NCBI GenBank assembly: GCA_964016885.1 | Contig: OZ024740.1 | Location: 289,044,001 to 289,108,000 of the forward strand | Direction of reading: 5' to 3' | DNA length: 64,000 nucleotides | Source: Eledone cirrhosa | Lineage: Eukaryota | Position numbers and translations under genes: made by a program | Part shown: in pieces, positions 1-13,305 of the stretch | How positions within the stretch are numbered: position 1 is the first letter of the stretch | How the letters are laid out: every line of letters begins with the position of its first letter | Notes under the pieces: generated by a model | The model's input: only the letters and a program-made list of their open reading frames with translations | What the model was told of the DNA's origin: nothing | The model's database searches: none

Positions 1-549
1 ACTCTTAAGTTTCAATCTTACTACATACTCCTTAAGCCTTCCATTGTTTACATATATGAATTTTCCCTGGATATTTGTTGTTGTTATTCTCTGTCCAATC
101 TCTACATGTTGTTTATGCATTCTGCACAAAGCCCTTTCATAATCAAATCAATAATTCTGAGACAATGAATTTGTTCCATTTATAATTGAGTGTCAATCAG
201 GCCATTTCTGATATATTTACTCATCTTGCTTTCATACAATGATGACAACGATAGATTCCTATTATATACACAATTGAGTGCCTATCCTTAGTATTTCAAA
301 CCATGGAATTTGTATAGAATTTATTAGTTGGTTTATTATGAAGAAGCCAATGTGACAGCAGTAACTGCTAAACTAATGTGGTAGTGGTAGTCATTCACAC
401 AAGCTTCGCAATGCAATAAAACTTGCTCCTAAAACCACTGTAAATGTGTATTACCCATTTAACTACAAATACAACTGGGTGTGGTAGAAATTGTTGATCA
501 CTAAGGTAAATGATTTCACCAGTGTATTTGTTGTTAGTCTGATTTCTAT

Positions 550-557
<8 letters not shown>

Positions 558-607
<50 letters not shown>

Positions 608-615
608 TGTGTGTG
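558..615. repeat. (TG)n microsatellite
   Basis: Direct reading; adjoins a decayed reverse-oriented SINE. Confidence 0.95.
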
Positions 616-617
616 TA

Positions 618-778
618 CAACTAGGCTCCTACATGGATTTCATCTAACAAATTTACTCTTAAGGCATTGGTGAACCTTAAGGTCTAATAGAACATACTTC
701 CCCAAAGTGCCACGCAATGGGACCAAATTCAAAATCACTTGGCAGCAAAGCAAACTTCTTATATACACAGTCATGCTG
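618..778 (-). mobile_element. Decayed tRNA-derived SINE (family with GTGGCACCTTGGGCAAGTGTCTTCTA-like core)
   Basis: cccaaagtgccacgcaatgggacc resembles 4855-4900 (gacacttgcccaagatgccacacagtggggtc) and the forward copy near 40790-40910. Confidence 0.65.
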
Positions 779-1224
779 ACACCTATCTTGAATTTTGTAC
801 ATTTTCTATTAGAAGTTCTTAATATATTTATAAATTAAATAGGATAGTTTTTTTTATTAACATTTAAAAAAAAATCAAGTTATTTTTGTCGGCTACACTT
901 TTGCTGGATGAGCAAAAATTGGAAACATATTTAAGGAGGTTTCTAATTACAACTGTTCAATTTTTAAATGTGGTTTTCCTCTACCCATTGAGGTCCCTAC
1001 CTTGGTTAGAAGCTAAAAAATTTTCACAATCAAGTTTGTCATTACTACTACAGTTATGTCTGAATTTAAGAATGAGTTATTGTTCATCTATGTTCACTCA
1101 TACATTCCATTTCTGACGCCCCCAACCCCACCAGAATATCCTATGATGATCATGAAACTTATCGGGCCTGTAAGCCTAACCCTGGCTTTAGTAGGGAAAA
1201 TGGTCTTAAAACGTTTGCAGTTGT

Positions 1225-1810
1225 AACATCATCATTGTTTAGCATCCATTTTCCTTGCTTGCAAGGTTTGGATGAGCCATCGCAAACCGAGCAGTTCTCA
1301 AGCAGAGCTACTGACCTCTAGATGGGCTGGTGGTCCACATCTCACTTACATTTGATCCCATGCTCTACCAAGTGCATTTTATCGTAACACTAGCATTAGG
1401 GAAATTGTCATGTCTTTAGCTCAACAGAAGAGTTCTTTCGACTCTTTGTTTAGCAGATTTTCTATGGCTGAATGACCTTATCAGCAATCACTTTACATAG
1501 TGTACTGGGTGCATTTTTATGTAGATCACCAACACTAGGGAGGTTGTCATGCCTTTGGCACAAATGAAGGGTCCTCTCGACCTTTTGTTTGGCAAGTTTT
1601 CTATGGGTGTAGTGGGAGTGTTTATTGTGTAGATACCAATATTAGAGAGGTTGTTATACCCCTAATACAACTAGAGAGTCCTCTCAACCCTTTTTGGCAT
1701 CGTTTCTTCCCTTGCTATGACCAGTCACCTTATACTGGATGCATTTTTTCATGGCACCAGCATTAGAGACATTGTTGGTCTTTGACTCAATTGAAGAACC
1801 CTCTCTACTT
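1225..1810 (-). mobile_element. Non-autonomous RTE-derived element with ~4 internal tandem subunits
   Basis: Begins with the (CAT)n + catccattttccttgcttgcaaggtttgga RTE 3' terminus. The subunit gtgcatttt...cactag...gttgtcat...aagggtcctctc recurs at about 1370, 1510, 1617 and 1740. Confidence 0.65.
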
Positions 1811-3134
1811 TATGTGTGGGGGTGGGGAATATATCATGGGTGTGAGATACCAAGTGTGGTGAGTTTGACAGGGTGATGAGTGGGAGGAGAGGGGTGACTT
1901 CCGACAGTGTGTGAAGTAATGGGGTCATAACAACTACTAAGGGGTTATGACTGGTGTATCAGGGTTTTAGAGAGGAGTGATTCTGAGTAGAGTGGGAGAG
2001 GGGTGGGGGTTGATCCTGGATATAATGTGGGTGTTAGTATTTAAGAAGGGTGTAGGTGATTCTAGCTTGAGTAGGAGTGGGGGTATGCAGTGATGCTGGG
2101 AAAAGCTACTGCAGGGAAGTGGAGGGGGGGGGGTGTACAGTGATAGTGAGGATAGCTGCAAAAGGAGTGATAGTGGAGGGGTATGATAGGGTGGTGGTGT
2201 ACAGTAATAGTGAGAATGCCACTGAGTGATAGCGAGGGTGGGTGGGGGATATATCAGGTCAGATTTCAGGCTGGTAGGTGAGTCTTCACCAGCACAGCAT
2301 GTCACCAGCCCTCACTGTATGTTCTTTAAGATCTTATCTATAGTAGTTTGTACTAGAACAGTAGTAAATGAACTTTCCAATCACCAGTGAACCTAGAAAA
2401 CCACTAAGTGTGACACTATTGAGAATATTAAAACATTCTTGGGACTCTAGACCTTGTACTTAGATAGAATGTATGGCTTGGTTAACTTATCTAATTATTA
2501 GGCTATAAATATAATTTGGTAAAAATTCACTGATGTCTTTAGCAAATTTAAATTTCCAGTTGGTAACAGCATTATTAGAATCAATAAATTGCTCAAGCAA
2601 ACCTTAAATGATCAGATAGCATAATGGAAGAATGTGTTTAAAGAGATTATTCAAGGGTATATTAACCATATAATTATAATTTTGACTAACTAGAATGGTA
2701 ATGTAGTTTTTGTTGCTATTTTTTATAGTAATATATTTTTCATTGTTCTATAGATTCTTAACAGCTATTGGAAGGGCTGGACATATTGTAGTTAGTTGTA
2801 TTGTTTATTTTTATATTTACTGTATTATGCTAAAAGTACATGTTAAAATATTTGTAAAAAGTTAATTACTTTTACATCTTTGAGTTTTCCCAGCAGTAAG
2901 TGAAGCATTTTAATTCTACCATTTTTTTGTAGTTCTTTTACCTTATTTACATTGGATATGGTAATTTATACTTAGGTTTAGTAATTTAAACAATCCCTCT
3001 TGAGTGAGCTTGTGAAAAGAAAGGTGAATAAATGTTTAATTGGAATCCATAAGAAATAGTTTCTTAACCCCTTCACTATCAACACACATAAAATCGTCCC
3101 TGGTTCTATGATACAAAACTGTTTTAGAGTGTAT

Positions 3135-3420
3135 CATCATCATCACCGTTTTACGTCCATTCTTCCAGGCTAGCATGGGTTAGACGGGTTGTCCGGTTGT
3201 GGGCAGTGTCTGGTCGGCTGACCTTGTCTTGCTCATACAGGAACTGATTTTGGCTTGATTTCTACAGCTGGATGCCCTTCCTAACACCAACCTCATTTAC
3301 AGTGAGTGTTGGGGGCTTTTTTTCCGTGGCGCCTACACGTCCACTTTACAGTGTGGGCTGGGTGCTTTTTTGCCGTGGCACCTCCACGACGACTTTGCAG
3401 TGGGAGGGTGTGGGGGCATA
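3135..3420 (-). mobile_element. Bipartite RTE-derived short element
   Basis: catcat...ttttacgtccattcttccaggctagcatgggttagacggg (LINE 3' end) joined to ctggatgcccttcctaacaccaacc (motif also found upstream of the LINE ORF at ~18750). Confidence 0.75.
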
Positions 3421-3429
3421 TTTTCTATA

Positions 3430-4572
3430 TGCTTCAGCTTCGGCTTATACCCATGGGAGGTTGGATACTCTGTATTACTGCGTGACGCAGGAGGTCACGG
3501 TCGTGTGTCATTGCCTTTGAGAGGTGTAATTGGGTAAGGTCGGCTTTTATCACCTCATCCCAGGTCTTCTTGGGTCTCCCCACTCCGCGGTTTCCATTGA
3601 CTTCTAGTGCTCTGCACCTTTTTATGCAGCTGTCATCCTTCATACGCATCACTTGTCCATACCAACGTAACCGCCTCTCCTGCACACAGCATTTGATTCC
3701 TCTAATGCTCAGTCTCTCTCTCAATTCATTTATGCTTTGCCGTTCGCGTATTACACATCCATCGGAGCATGCAGCCTTCGTTTCGTACTAATCTACGTAA
3801 ATCTTCCACCTTCAGCGCCCAGGTCTCACTACCATGTAACATTGCTGTTCGTATACACGCATCATACAGTCTGCCTTTCATTTTGAGGGAAAAGCCTTTT
3901 GCAGCTAGCAGTGGCAGTAGCTCCCTGAACTTCTTCCATCCCATTCTTACCCTAGTTATTGTACTTTCTGAACACCCACTTCCGCTGCTAATTCGGTCAC
4001 CTAGGTAGCAGAAGCTGTCTAATATTTCTACAGAGCCCTCCCAGATATTGGTGGTACTTGTTTCCTGTGGCTGTTTGCTGCTTGCTGTCCCAGCACAGCT
4101 GCTACATGTGAAGCCTACATTCTTAATTAAGCTTCCTGAGATCTCGCTACATCTCTTGTGTACCCATTGTTTGCATTTGGGGCAGAGAATGGAGTTCCTA
4201 CCTACACCTTTCCTACATACTGAGCAAGGCCATTTCCCTGAGGGGATCTGGGTTCTGTTTTCCCGTCTACTTATAAGGACCTTAGTCTTTGTCAGGTTGA
4301 CTTTGAGACCCTTTCTTTCTAGTCCCTGCTTCCGAGTTTGGAATTTCTTCTCTAGTTCTACCATAGATTCAGCTATAAGTGCGAGGTCATCTGCATACAG
4401 GAGTTCCCACGGGCATCCGGTCTTAAACTCCTCCGTTATTGCCTGCAGGACTATTATGAACAGGAAAGGGCTAAGAAAAGAGCCCTGGTGGACACCGACC
4501 TGTACGCTAAATTCCTCGCTATACTCATTGCTAATCCTAACTTTGCTGACTGCTCCCCTATACATGGCTTGT
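3430..4572 (-). mobile_element. 5'-truncated RTE-clade LINE (RT C-half with PHD-like finger)
   Basis: ORFs 3726-4613 and 3434-3724: GVHQGSFLSP, ELLYADDL, FCYLG, RRLRWYG, GRPKKTW. One frameshift. Confidence 0.93.
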
Positions 4573-4599
4573 ATATAGAATGGAATGGAATAGACCTTT

Positions 4600-4940
4600 G
4601 TCAGTTTCGACAATGAGTGTTCCAGTTGTTCGATGAATGGTGCAGCTTGCTCATGAAATTAATGTATAACTAGGTGAGCATTTCACAAATATGTGTCCCC
4701 TTAATGTAATTCACTGGGAGATTTGGTGTAACACAGTGTGTAACAAAGCTGGCCCTTTGAATTTCAGGTATAGCCAATCCAATATACTTTCAAACAATGT
4801 TTGTCTATCCAATTTCATTCACAAGGCATGAGTTAACACTAGGCTATGATAAATGACACTTGCCCAAGATGCCACACAGTGGGGTCAAACCCAGGACCCA
4901 ATGATTGCAATGTGGACTTCTTAACTATTCAGCCATGTTT
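4600..4940 (-). mobile_element. Decayed tRNA-derived SINE plus associated repeat
   Basis: Same family as 618-778 and 40770-41100. The body (ctcatgaaattaatgt...gagcatt..aca.atatgtgt.cccttaatgtaatt) also recurs at 43620-43780. Confidence 0.6.
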
Positions 4941-5299
4941 CGTTCACCTAAAGTGTTTTGTCAAAATATTTGTGAGGACATTTGTTATTTTATGTTCCAA
5001 ACACCAAACAATGAGAAAATTATGATACTAAATCTCTTCAAATTCTTGAATATGGTAACAAAAAGATTAATAGATTTTTGTCATTGTGTTTCTTCTCGAG
5101 TGAAGTGAGATTCATAAATATAAATGTGTTTCTTCATCAAAGAATTTATCTTTCACACTGGTAATGAATGTTTTGTTTGGTTAGGATAAAGCCAATATTT
5201 AATATTCAGTAGAATTATTCTACCACATAGTATAGGCACCATCTCTGACCAGCAGCTAAACGTTTATTGTTTGGTGAGGATGAAACATCTGAAGAATTA

Positions 5300-5960
5300 T
5301 TCTTTGATGTGGTAAATGGAACATTAAAGGATTCCACTCATCTGAAATCTCAGTACAAAGAAATCGATTGATATCAGCTTGCACTCCGGTTTTATTTCCT
5401 ACTAAAATTAAAAGAATATGAGCATGTGGCAATCCTTTTTCCTGGTCCCCTTTCATACATGCATAACCAATTACCTTTCCTAGATAATCCTGTTTAAGTA
5501 ATCAAGAAGAAGCTCTAGTATCTAGTTGCTCAATTGGTTTTTCGCTTGGAAAGAGTGACAACTTTATCCCTTTCAATATGGATTTGTTGTAAAAGTAATG
5601 AAGATGTTCAGCTACCCATAGTATCTGACAATACTCATGGAAGTTTGAAATGCTTTTGATATACCACTTTGTTAATCTATATACCCTCAAGAGCAATGGG
5701 ACTATGTTTCTTATTCTGATTCCATCATTCTTATCCACAGCATCCACAAGTCCTTTGTACTTTGCTAGCAGTGGTATGATTGCCTCTTAAGCTCACCATT
5801 TAACTTTATTTCTTTTCTCAGTAACAATTTAACTGCTTCTCTAGGGAGCTCAATAGCAAACTTAATCGCTTTGACATATGGATTGACACAATTTAAGTAT
5901 TCTTGAAAGTTAATTATGTCAGAATTGATGTTTAGTTTGTTTCTTAGTTAGTTAACTGTC
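5300..5960 (-). mobile_element. Helitron Rep (HUH endonuclease) remnant
   Basis: Minus-strand frames give NPYVK, KYKGLVDAV, SMSIVRYYG*LNIFITFTTNP and QEKGLPHAHILLIL. These match the Helitron motifs AMAIVRxYGKPDLFITFTCNP and EFQKRGLPHAHIL. Multiple stops, frameshifts and deletions. Confidence 0.85.
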
Positions 5961-8900
5961 TCATATTGTGTGTCATAAAAGAAAATGTGAGTAAACTTTG
6001 GTCTTCAAATGGAATAAGAGTCCCAAAAGGAAAATATACAATGGACAGTATATAACAGTATATAAACCTAGTAGAATACAATCCAATATATTTTTCACTA
6101 ATGAAAATGAGGGACTGTATACAGATAGTTCTGGGAGGTCAATCAGTAAATCTACTATTAGGTACAACTCAATATAGCTGCAGCCAATGGAAATATAAGA
6201 TAGAATGTATATAACCTTCAGAAGCCAGTCAGTAAACCTAGTAATGAATACAGCTTAATGTGGCCACCACTAATGAAAGGAATTTAAATAGCTCCTAAAT
6301 TAATAAATATTTGGAGTATTTGTTCATAGCATACTGAATAAGTGTTGATACCTAAATTAAGTTTTGTGAATTCATAGCCCAAGTTGAGTACATATGTATA
6401 TATTTATATGGCATCTGATGACGTATAGTGACTAACTTATTCAAATCGTCATATTTTTACAGTAAAACAGCAAAGATGAGGTTAACAGTCCAAAATATTT
6501 CCCTGTCAGTACTAATAGTAAGTTATTTCAACAGTTTAGGTATTTTAGTTTTTACATGCTTACATATTTTGGATGAATCTGCAATTTGTAATATTTGCAT
6601 GAATTATTATTATAGCTGCATATGTTCTATAATGTTAACCACTCAACTGTGAAATTATTTTCAGTTTAGTAGAATGGATGGGCCATATAGATTGAAATAT
6701 TTTGACTATGGACTGAAAAGCCTGAGATATATTTTGAAGCTGATTATCTTTGGATGTCAGTAATTGAGCCTCATAACTATGCCATTTACCATGCTTGTTT
6801 TATATTCCTTTTGTCAATGTTGTTTTTCAGGTATGAGAATCTTGTAGTCTTTTTAAAGATTTGTTATATTTGCCAACTTTTCAGTAGACAAATTATATTT
6901 GATTCATTGAGTTAGTTGGATATTTTTGCTCAAATTATTCAAAATGGTTCACAAGTAAAATATCAAAATATCATTTCAATTTGAGACTTAGAATTTGACC
7001 CCTTTCATGAGTTAGGCCACTCTGACATCACTTGGCCTTGATTTCTATGAGGTTTGAGGGTCAAGTTGTTATTACATTAAGATATCAGAATTTCTTCCTG
7101 GAACAATCTTCTATAGTTTGTTCTTGTAATACGAGTTCATTGGAATCTGTCCAAGATTTTCAAATGTATGATATTGCTTGTTTTTTTGGTTAGGTGCCAA
7201 CATAATTCCTCATTTGATGTCTGTTGTTTGTTTTGCCTGTTTACAAACTGCTGCAGGCAGATGTCATTTTCAGTAACAAGTGATTTTGTTGACCTCTTTA
7301 CTGGAACAAGAATTTGGTAACTAGGTTTACCATAGCATGTATGCGTGTGTATGTGTATGAACAAGTAGGATATTACTTTCTTAAAATATTGTAAAAACGT
7401 TTATCTGCTCTACTTTCTCCAGATGACCGATCTAGTAACCACATTTAAGTTGAGTTGGTATGTCAAAATTAGTCTCTTGGTTATTATTAATTATTCAGTC
7501 TTTGATTCATTAAAAACCAAACCTGGCAGCAGATGACAAGCTAAGCTGGAAGACATTACCAGAAATAATAATTGACTAGAGATCTCATTAATGAAAAGCT
7601 ATATTATTTCTAATTAAAACAAAACTTATAGGATTAATTATTTCCATTTCAATGAGGCTTATCTTAATTCCTTCCTTCTCGTTCTGTGTTTGATGTAACA
7701 GATGGTAGAGGCATGCCAGAACTCAGTAGAAAACACTATAGTGATGATGTCACTTTATCTAGGTGACCTAATTAATGTTGATAGAGAAGTTACTGGTAGT
7801 TTAGTGAGAAAAGATTTAATGGCTTGAAGAAGGTTAAAGAATTTTCTGTATTTATAACAAATAGATTGTTGTGGCTTTGTGTGTCAGTAGTGTGATTCTT
7901 TCTGTACTTCTAGAAGATCAGTGAAGACTGCACATGAAGAGATTAAGTGTATTACTCTGGAATTTATATGAACACTTCTGTGTTACTAGAGACTGAATCT
8001 TTAGATTTACTGTGTTACGTACTATTAATTGAAACTTTGTCATAATGTTAGCTTCAGAGGAATCTTTTTCTTAGCCTTTTCAAGCATTTTACCATTGGTA
8101 CAAATTGGGATAGAGACACTTGACTGAATCAATCCCAGTACATACCTGGTATTTATTTTATCAACTCCTTAGGGATAAAAAATATTGTCAACACTGATGA
8201 GACTTGATCTTACAATGTAAATAAATGTAAGTAAGTGCCACAAGGCATTTTATATTTTGCTCTTTCTTAGCTTCAATAATGGAAGTATACTGTAGACTGG
8301 GCACATGTAAACCTATCCAAACTCTCATCATTATACAGTGGTTTTGTTTACATAACTGTGAATATTCTAATTAGGTCATCATATAGAGAGAAGAAGGACA
8401 ACAAAAGCTTGTGTCTAGGTAACCTTAGTAACCTTATATTAATTGCTAGCTAAAAACTGCAACATATTGCTAGCTGTGTTAGTGTGTGTGTGTGTGTGTA
8501 TGTATGTGTGGAGGTAATTTTGGTTCAAGGTCTTTTTTCCTTCCTTTCACTTTTGTTCAATATGTTCTTTTAAATTTCAAAGGAATATGTTGTTTATCTG
8601 GTGATGTTTGAAGCAGTCAAAGGATATCAAGTATGAGCATGTTTCATTTACTATCATTATTTACAACTATTTTCTATGTTTATTTGTCTGTGTATGCAAC
8701 AGAGATGATCCCATTGGTGTGGACATGTGACATGAAAGTCAATGCCAATAGGGATTAAATCTGATGAGAAGGGCTAACTGATGTTAGGATCTGCTGCTGG
8801 TGTACCAGATTAGCAACATGGGAAAAACAAATTATGATGATGATGAGGATGGCGATGGTGATTTTTGGTTATTGTCTAGTTGGAAGAGGATGTTAGATAG

Positions 8901-9364
8901 CAGAGAAAAAGCCTTGCACTATTTAGTTATATCACTTTATGTTCTGAGTTCAATTCCTGTTAGAGAACATTTTAGCTTTCCTCCTTAATTTAATGTGCCC
9001 ATGACAATTGTAGACCTTCCTAGACTGGTGAGATTAATGTAGTTGATATTCATGGTGATGATTATGATAGGATGATGATGATAATCATCATCACCATCAT
9101 CACCACCATCGTTTTTATGTCATGGTTGTGCTAGTAATAGTAGTGATGTGATTACTGTTTTTACATTTGGTAGAGTGTCATATAAAATACCTGCATTTCT
9201 TTTACTTGAAGTCACATCTTGTTGAGGTTGATTTTGTTTTTTATCTTTCCCATGTCTATAAAATAACTACTGGACATATACTGAGATTTTATTGAATTAA
9301 CTATATCCCTCACCAATAAATTTGTGACATTACGTTACAATAAGAAATCATTGTTATTATTATC

Positions 9365-9900
9365 AGTCTTATTTTTATTGCATGTAGTTATTTCATCACC
9401 AAGCACAGTTCTCTGTACCTTGGGTATGTGCTGTTGTTATTTCTAGTGTATTGAGTGTACTCTTAGTAATATGTTTGCTATTTTCTGTATGATGTATATA
9501 TTTGAAAGTCCTGGGGTTTGGGTTATGTATCAGTCTGTGTATTTTTTCATCCACATTCAGGTTATTTATATTTCCAGATCTTTATATTTGGATAATTTCT
9601 CTATTTCCTTGTTGGATACATTGTCATCTGTGGGGATAGATACACCTATTAGAAGACATTTTCTTTGTTATCTTTGACTATAATATCGTTAGTTGTCTTC
9701 AATCATCCTGACTGTGTGTATTGGCATATCCTGGAGTATGGTTGTTTGTCATTTTCTGACACCTTTTAAATGTATGAGTGTACCATCTTTTTCTGTTTGT
9801 ATTTCCTACTGTTAGCATAACTTCCACTTTATGTAAATCCCAACTCTATCATGCTTGTGAATATATTCTTTTTTGGCTAAAGCAGTTACTTACTGTGTTC
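9365..9900 (-). mobile_element. R4/Dong-clade non-LTR retrotransposon 3' fragment (RLE domain and 3' UTR)
   Basis: Minus strand DIIVKD...LIGVSIPTDDNVSNKEIEKLSKYKDLEI...TPGLSNIYIIQKIA. Ends in an (ATA)n-like tract. Confidence 0.8.
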
Positions 9901-10859
9901 TGCTTCATCATGTATTTCTGGTGGGGAGGTTTTATTATCATTACTGCTGAAATGTCAGTGATGTCAGAATCAGTACAGTAATAGACAAAATATTTAGTTA
10001 TGGAGTAGTGAAAATGGTTGGACTGAATGCTTTGTAGTATTTGGATTTGTTCCTGTATGCTCCGACTTCACATTCTGCTATGGTCAACTTTGCTTTTCAT
10101 TCTGATCAAATAAGTACCAGTAGCATGCTGGGGACAATTTAACTATCTACAGTTCTACAGTTCTCCTTTAAAAATGTGTGATCTTGTGCCAATGTACTAA
10201 ATCATCAATAATATAGTAATTGTTATTATTGTGTGGTCAACATTTACAAAGACAGTGTAGATGTTGAGCACTGGAACATAAAAATAGTGTTTTTTCCATC
10301 AGAGCTGCAGGCTTCAAGGAGAAAATACTTTCCATAGAATGTTAGCAGTTCCATGAAATGTTTATTTTTGTGTGGTGTTTGATGCTTGTTTTTATTTGTA
10401 GTTGCTGAAGTTAGAATGGGATAGCTTTAGGAATGGTACTTAGTGCTCTGACTCTTATAATTATCACATCTGGCCAACATCTCTACATTCTTGACTGCTT
10501 TAACCTAAGTTTTTATTGTTCCAAGAAGAAATTTTATCTTAATGTGTAAACAACTTGACCATCAAACACATGGAAATGAAGACCATTTTGCCAAGTAGTT
10601 TTTAACTTCTGAAATGTTTCAAACTCTTTTTAGGCAATATTACGGTTGACATGTTTTTGTCCCTTTAGTGACAATCACAATGTCAGTTTGGATATACAAA
10701 TGACATAAGATTTTTGTCATCTGGTTATTCTCCAGTATCTTTTCAATCTCACGAGACATAATACCTAATGGAAATTGGTGAACAGTCAAAGTACTACAAT
10801 TTATATATTCAATTATATCCTCTCCAAATTTGTGGTCTTGTATGTTAGCAATTATGGCA

Positions 10860-11940
10860 GTTTATTGGCAGAATCACAATGGTGTTTAATTACAGCCCTT
10901 TATGTTCTGAGTTCAAATCCCACCAAAGTGACTTTGTTTTTCATCCCTCAGAGGTCAATAAAATAAATGTACCAGTCAAGTACAGCAGTGAATGGAATCA
11001 ACTTTTTCCTTCCCTCAAAGTTGCAGGCCTGTGCCTAAATTAGAAAACATTATTATCATATTATTATCATTATAAAGGCGGTAGATTGGCAGTATCAGTA
11101 GTGAGTCGGACGCCATGCTTTGACGCATAGAGTTACGGCCCTTGCCAATCTGAGTTCAAATCTCGCCGAGGTTAACTTTGCCTTTCATCCTTACCGGGTC
11201 GATAAAATAAAGTACCAGTAATGCACTGGGTAATTGCTGGCCTTGTGCCAAACGTAGAAACAATTATTATCATTATTATTATTGACTATAAGGGCGGTGG
11301 ATTAGCAGTATCAGTAGAAGGTCAAACGCCATGCTTTGCAGCAAAGAGTTACGACCCTTTATGGTCTGAGTTCAAATCCCGCCGAGGTTAACTTTGCCTT
11401 TCATCCTTACGTGGTCGATAAAATAAAGTACCAGTAATACACTGGAGGACAATTGCTGGCCTTGTGCCAAACAATTATTATCATTATTATTACTGACAGG
11501 GCGGTGGATTGGCAGTATCGGTGGAGAGTCGGACGCCATGCTTTCCAGCATAGTTACGTCCCTTTACGATCTGAGTTCAAATCCCGCCGAGGTTGACTTT
11601 GCCTTTCATCCTTACGGGGTCGATAAAATAAAGTACCAGTAATGCACTGGGTAATTGCTGGCCTTGTGCCTAAAATAGAAACAATTATTATTACTGACTA
11701 TCAGTGTGGCCAGATCTAAATTACATCTGATTCAGTTTCATTGACATCATCATGATCATCATTACTGACAATATTGTCATCATCATCATTATCATCATCA
11801 TCATCATCATTATCATCATTATCATCAAATCCTGCCGAGGTTAACTTTGCCTTTCATCCTTACGGGGTGATAAAATAAAGTACCAGTAATGTACTGGGTA
11901 ATTGCTGGCCTTGTGCCTAAAGTAGAAACAATTATCATCA
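10860..11940 (+). mobile_element. Head-to-tail cluster of tRNA-derived SINEs with Deu/Nin-like core: one old copy, young copies at ~11077, 11292 and 11499, truncated copy at ~11825
   Basis: A-box-like tggcagtatcgg, B-box gagttcaaatcc, core ctttgcctttcatccttacggggtcgataaaataaagtaccag, tail ccttgtgcctaaagtagaaac(aatt)att. Copies are separated by (ATT)n. Confidence 0.9.
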
Positions 11941-11995
11941 TATGTTCTTATTGTAAAACGACTAAACATATTGCTTTATTCTTCTCTTGTCACAG

Positions 11996-12156
11996 ATTTC
12001 TGACGCTGTGCATTTTGTGCGTAATGCTTTGAAACAGTGCAGCGATCATATTCATTCTCTACATCTGCTTGTGCTGCTGCTATCTGCCCAGAAGCATTAT
12101 GAAGAAGCTGTGCAGTTTCTTGAGACAGCTCTACAAGAATACCCTGAAAACATAAG
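11996..12156 (+). CDS. TTC7B: TTC7-like TPR protein, internal coding exon A (phase 0 to phase 2)
   Basis: Acceptor cttctcttgtcacag, donor gtaac. Translates [53 protein letters not shown], matching from memory vertebrate TTC7B (IPEALGYVRQAL...[33 protein letters not shown]). 161 nt. Confidence 0.95.
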
Positions 12157-12304
12157 GTAACAGCCAATATCTTTTCACTCCTGTTTTCTTGATGTTCTAT
12201 ATATTCTTTTTTCTAATGCATAATTTGAGTTGAAACATGCATTGGTTGTTGGAGCAGATAATCTACTGTTGGATGTACTCCCCAGTGTTAACTACTTAAC
12301 TTTT

Positions 12305-12717
12305 GTTGTGTAGCCCTAGGTCAGTACTGATATATCAGACTTACACTGGTGCTGCTAGTGATGATGATGATGATGATGATGATGATGTTGTGTAGCCCTA
12401 GGTCAGTACTGATATATCAGACTTACACTGGTGCTGCTACTGATGATGATGATGATGATGATGATGTTGTGTAGCCCTAGATCAGTACTGATATATCAGA
12501 CTTACACTGGTGCTGCTGGTGATGATGATGTTGTTTAGCCCTAGGTCAGTACTGACACATCAGACTTACACTGGTGCTGCTAGTGATGATGATGATGTTG
12601 TGTAGCCCTAGGTCAGTACTGATATATCAGACTTACACTGGTGCTGCTGGTGATGATGATGATGATGTGTAGCCCTAGGTCAGTACTGACACATCAGACT
12701 TACACTGGTGCTGCTGG

Positions 12718-12755
<38 letters not shown>

Positions 12756-13097
12756 TTGTGTAGCCCTAGGTCAGTACTGACACATCAGACTTACACTGGT
12801 GCTGCTGGTGATGATGATGATGTTGTGTAGCCCTAGGTCAGTACTGACACATCAGACTTACACTGGTGCTGCTAGTGATGATGATGATGATGATGATGAT
12901 GTTGTGTAGCCCTAGGTCAGTACTGACACATCAGACTTACACTGGTGCTGCTGGTGATGATGATGTTGTGTAGCCCTAGGTCAGTACTGACACATCAGAC
13001 TTATACTGGTGCTGCTGGTGATGATGATGATGATGTTGTGTAGCCCTAGGTCAGTACTGACACATCAGACTTATACTGGTGCTGCTGGTGTTGCTGG

Positions 13098-13129
<32 letters not shown>

Positions 13130-13182
13130 TTGTGTAGCCCTAGGTCAGTACTGATATGTCAGACTTACACTGGTGCTGCTAC

Positions 13183-13220
<38 letters not shown>

Positions 13221-13264
13221 TTGTTGTGTAGCCCTAGGTCAGTACTGATATATCAGACTTACAC

Positions 13265-13305
<41 letters not shown>

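Noticed and set aside
1135-1170. Hammerhead-like tgatga-tcat-gaaac
   Set aside because: Lacks the C of CUGAUGA and has no adequate stem II.
1810-2305. Pro-rich ORF / G-quadruplex element
   Set aside because: G-rich low-complexity sequence attached to a decayed repeat, with no specific evidence of function.
1-11995. Upstream TTC7 exon (expected to end ...LAIxRQ, phase 0)
   Set aside because: No matching translation with splice sites was found; it probably lies left of the window.
11976-12167. Minus-strand ORF MAVTLCFQG...
   Set aside because: Antisense shadow of TTC7 exon A.
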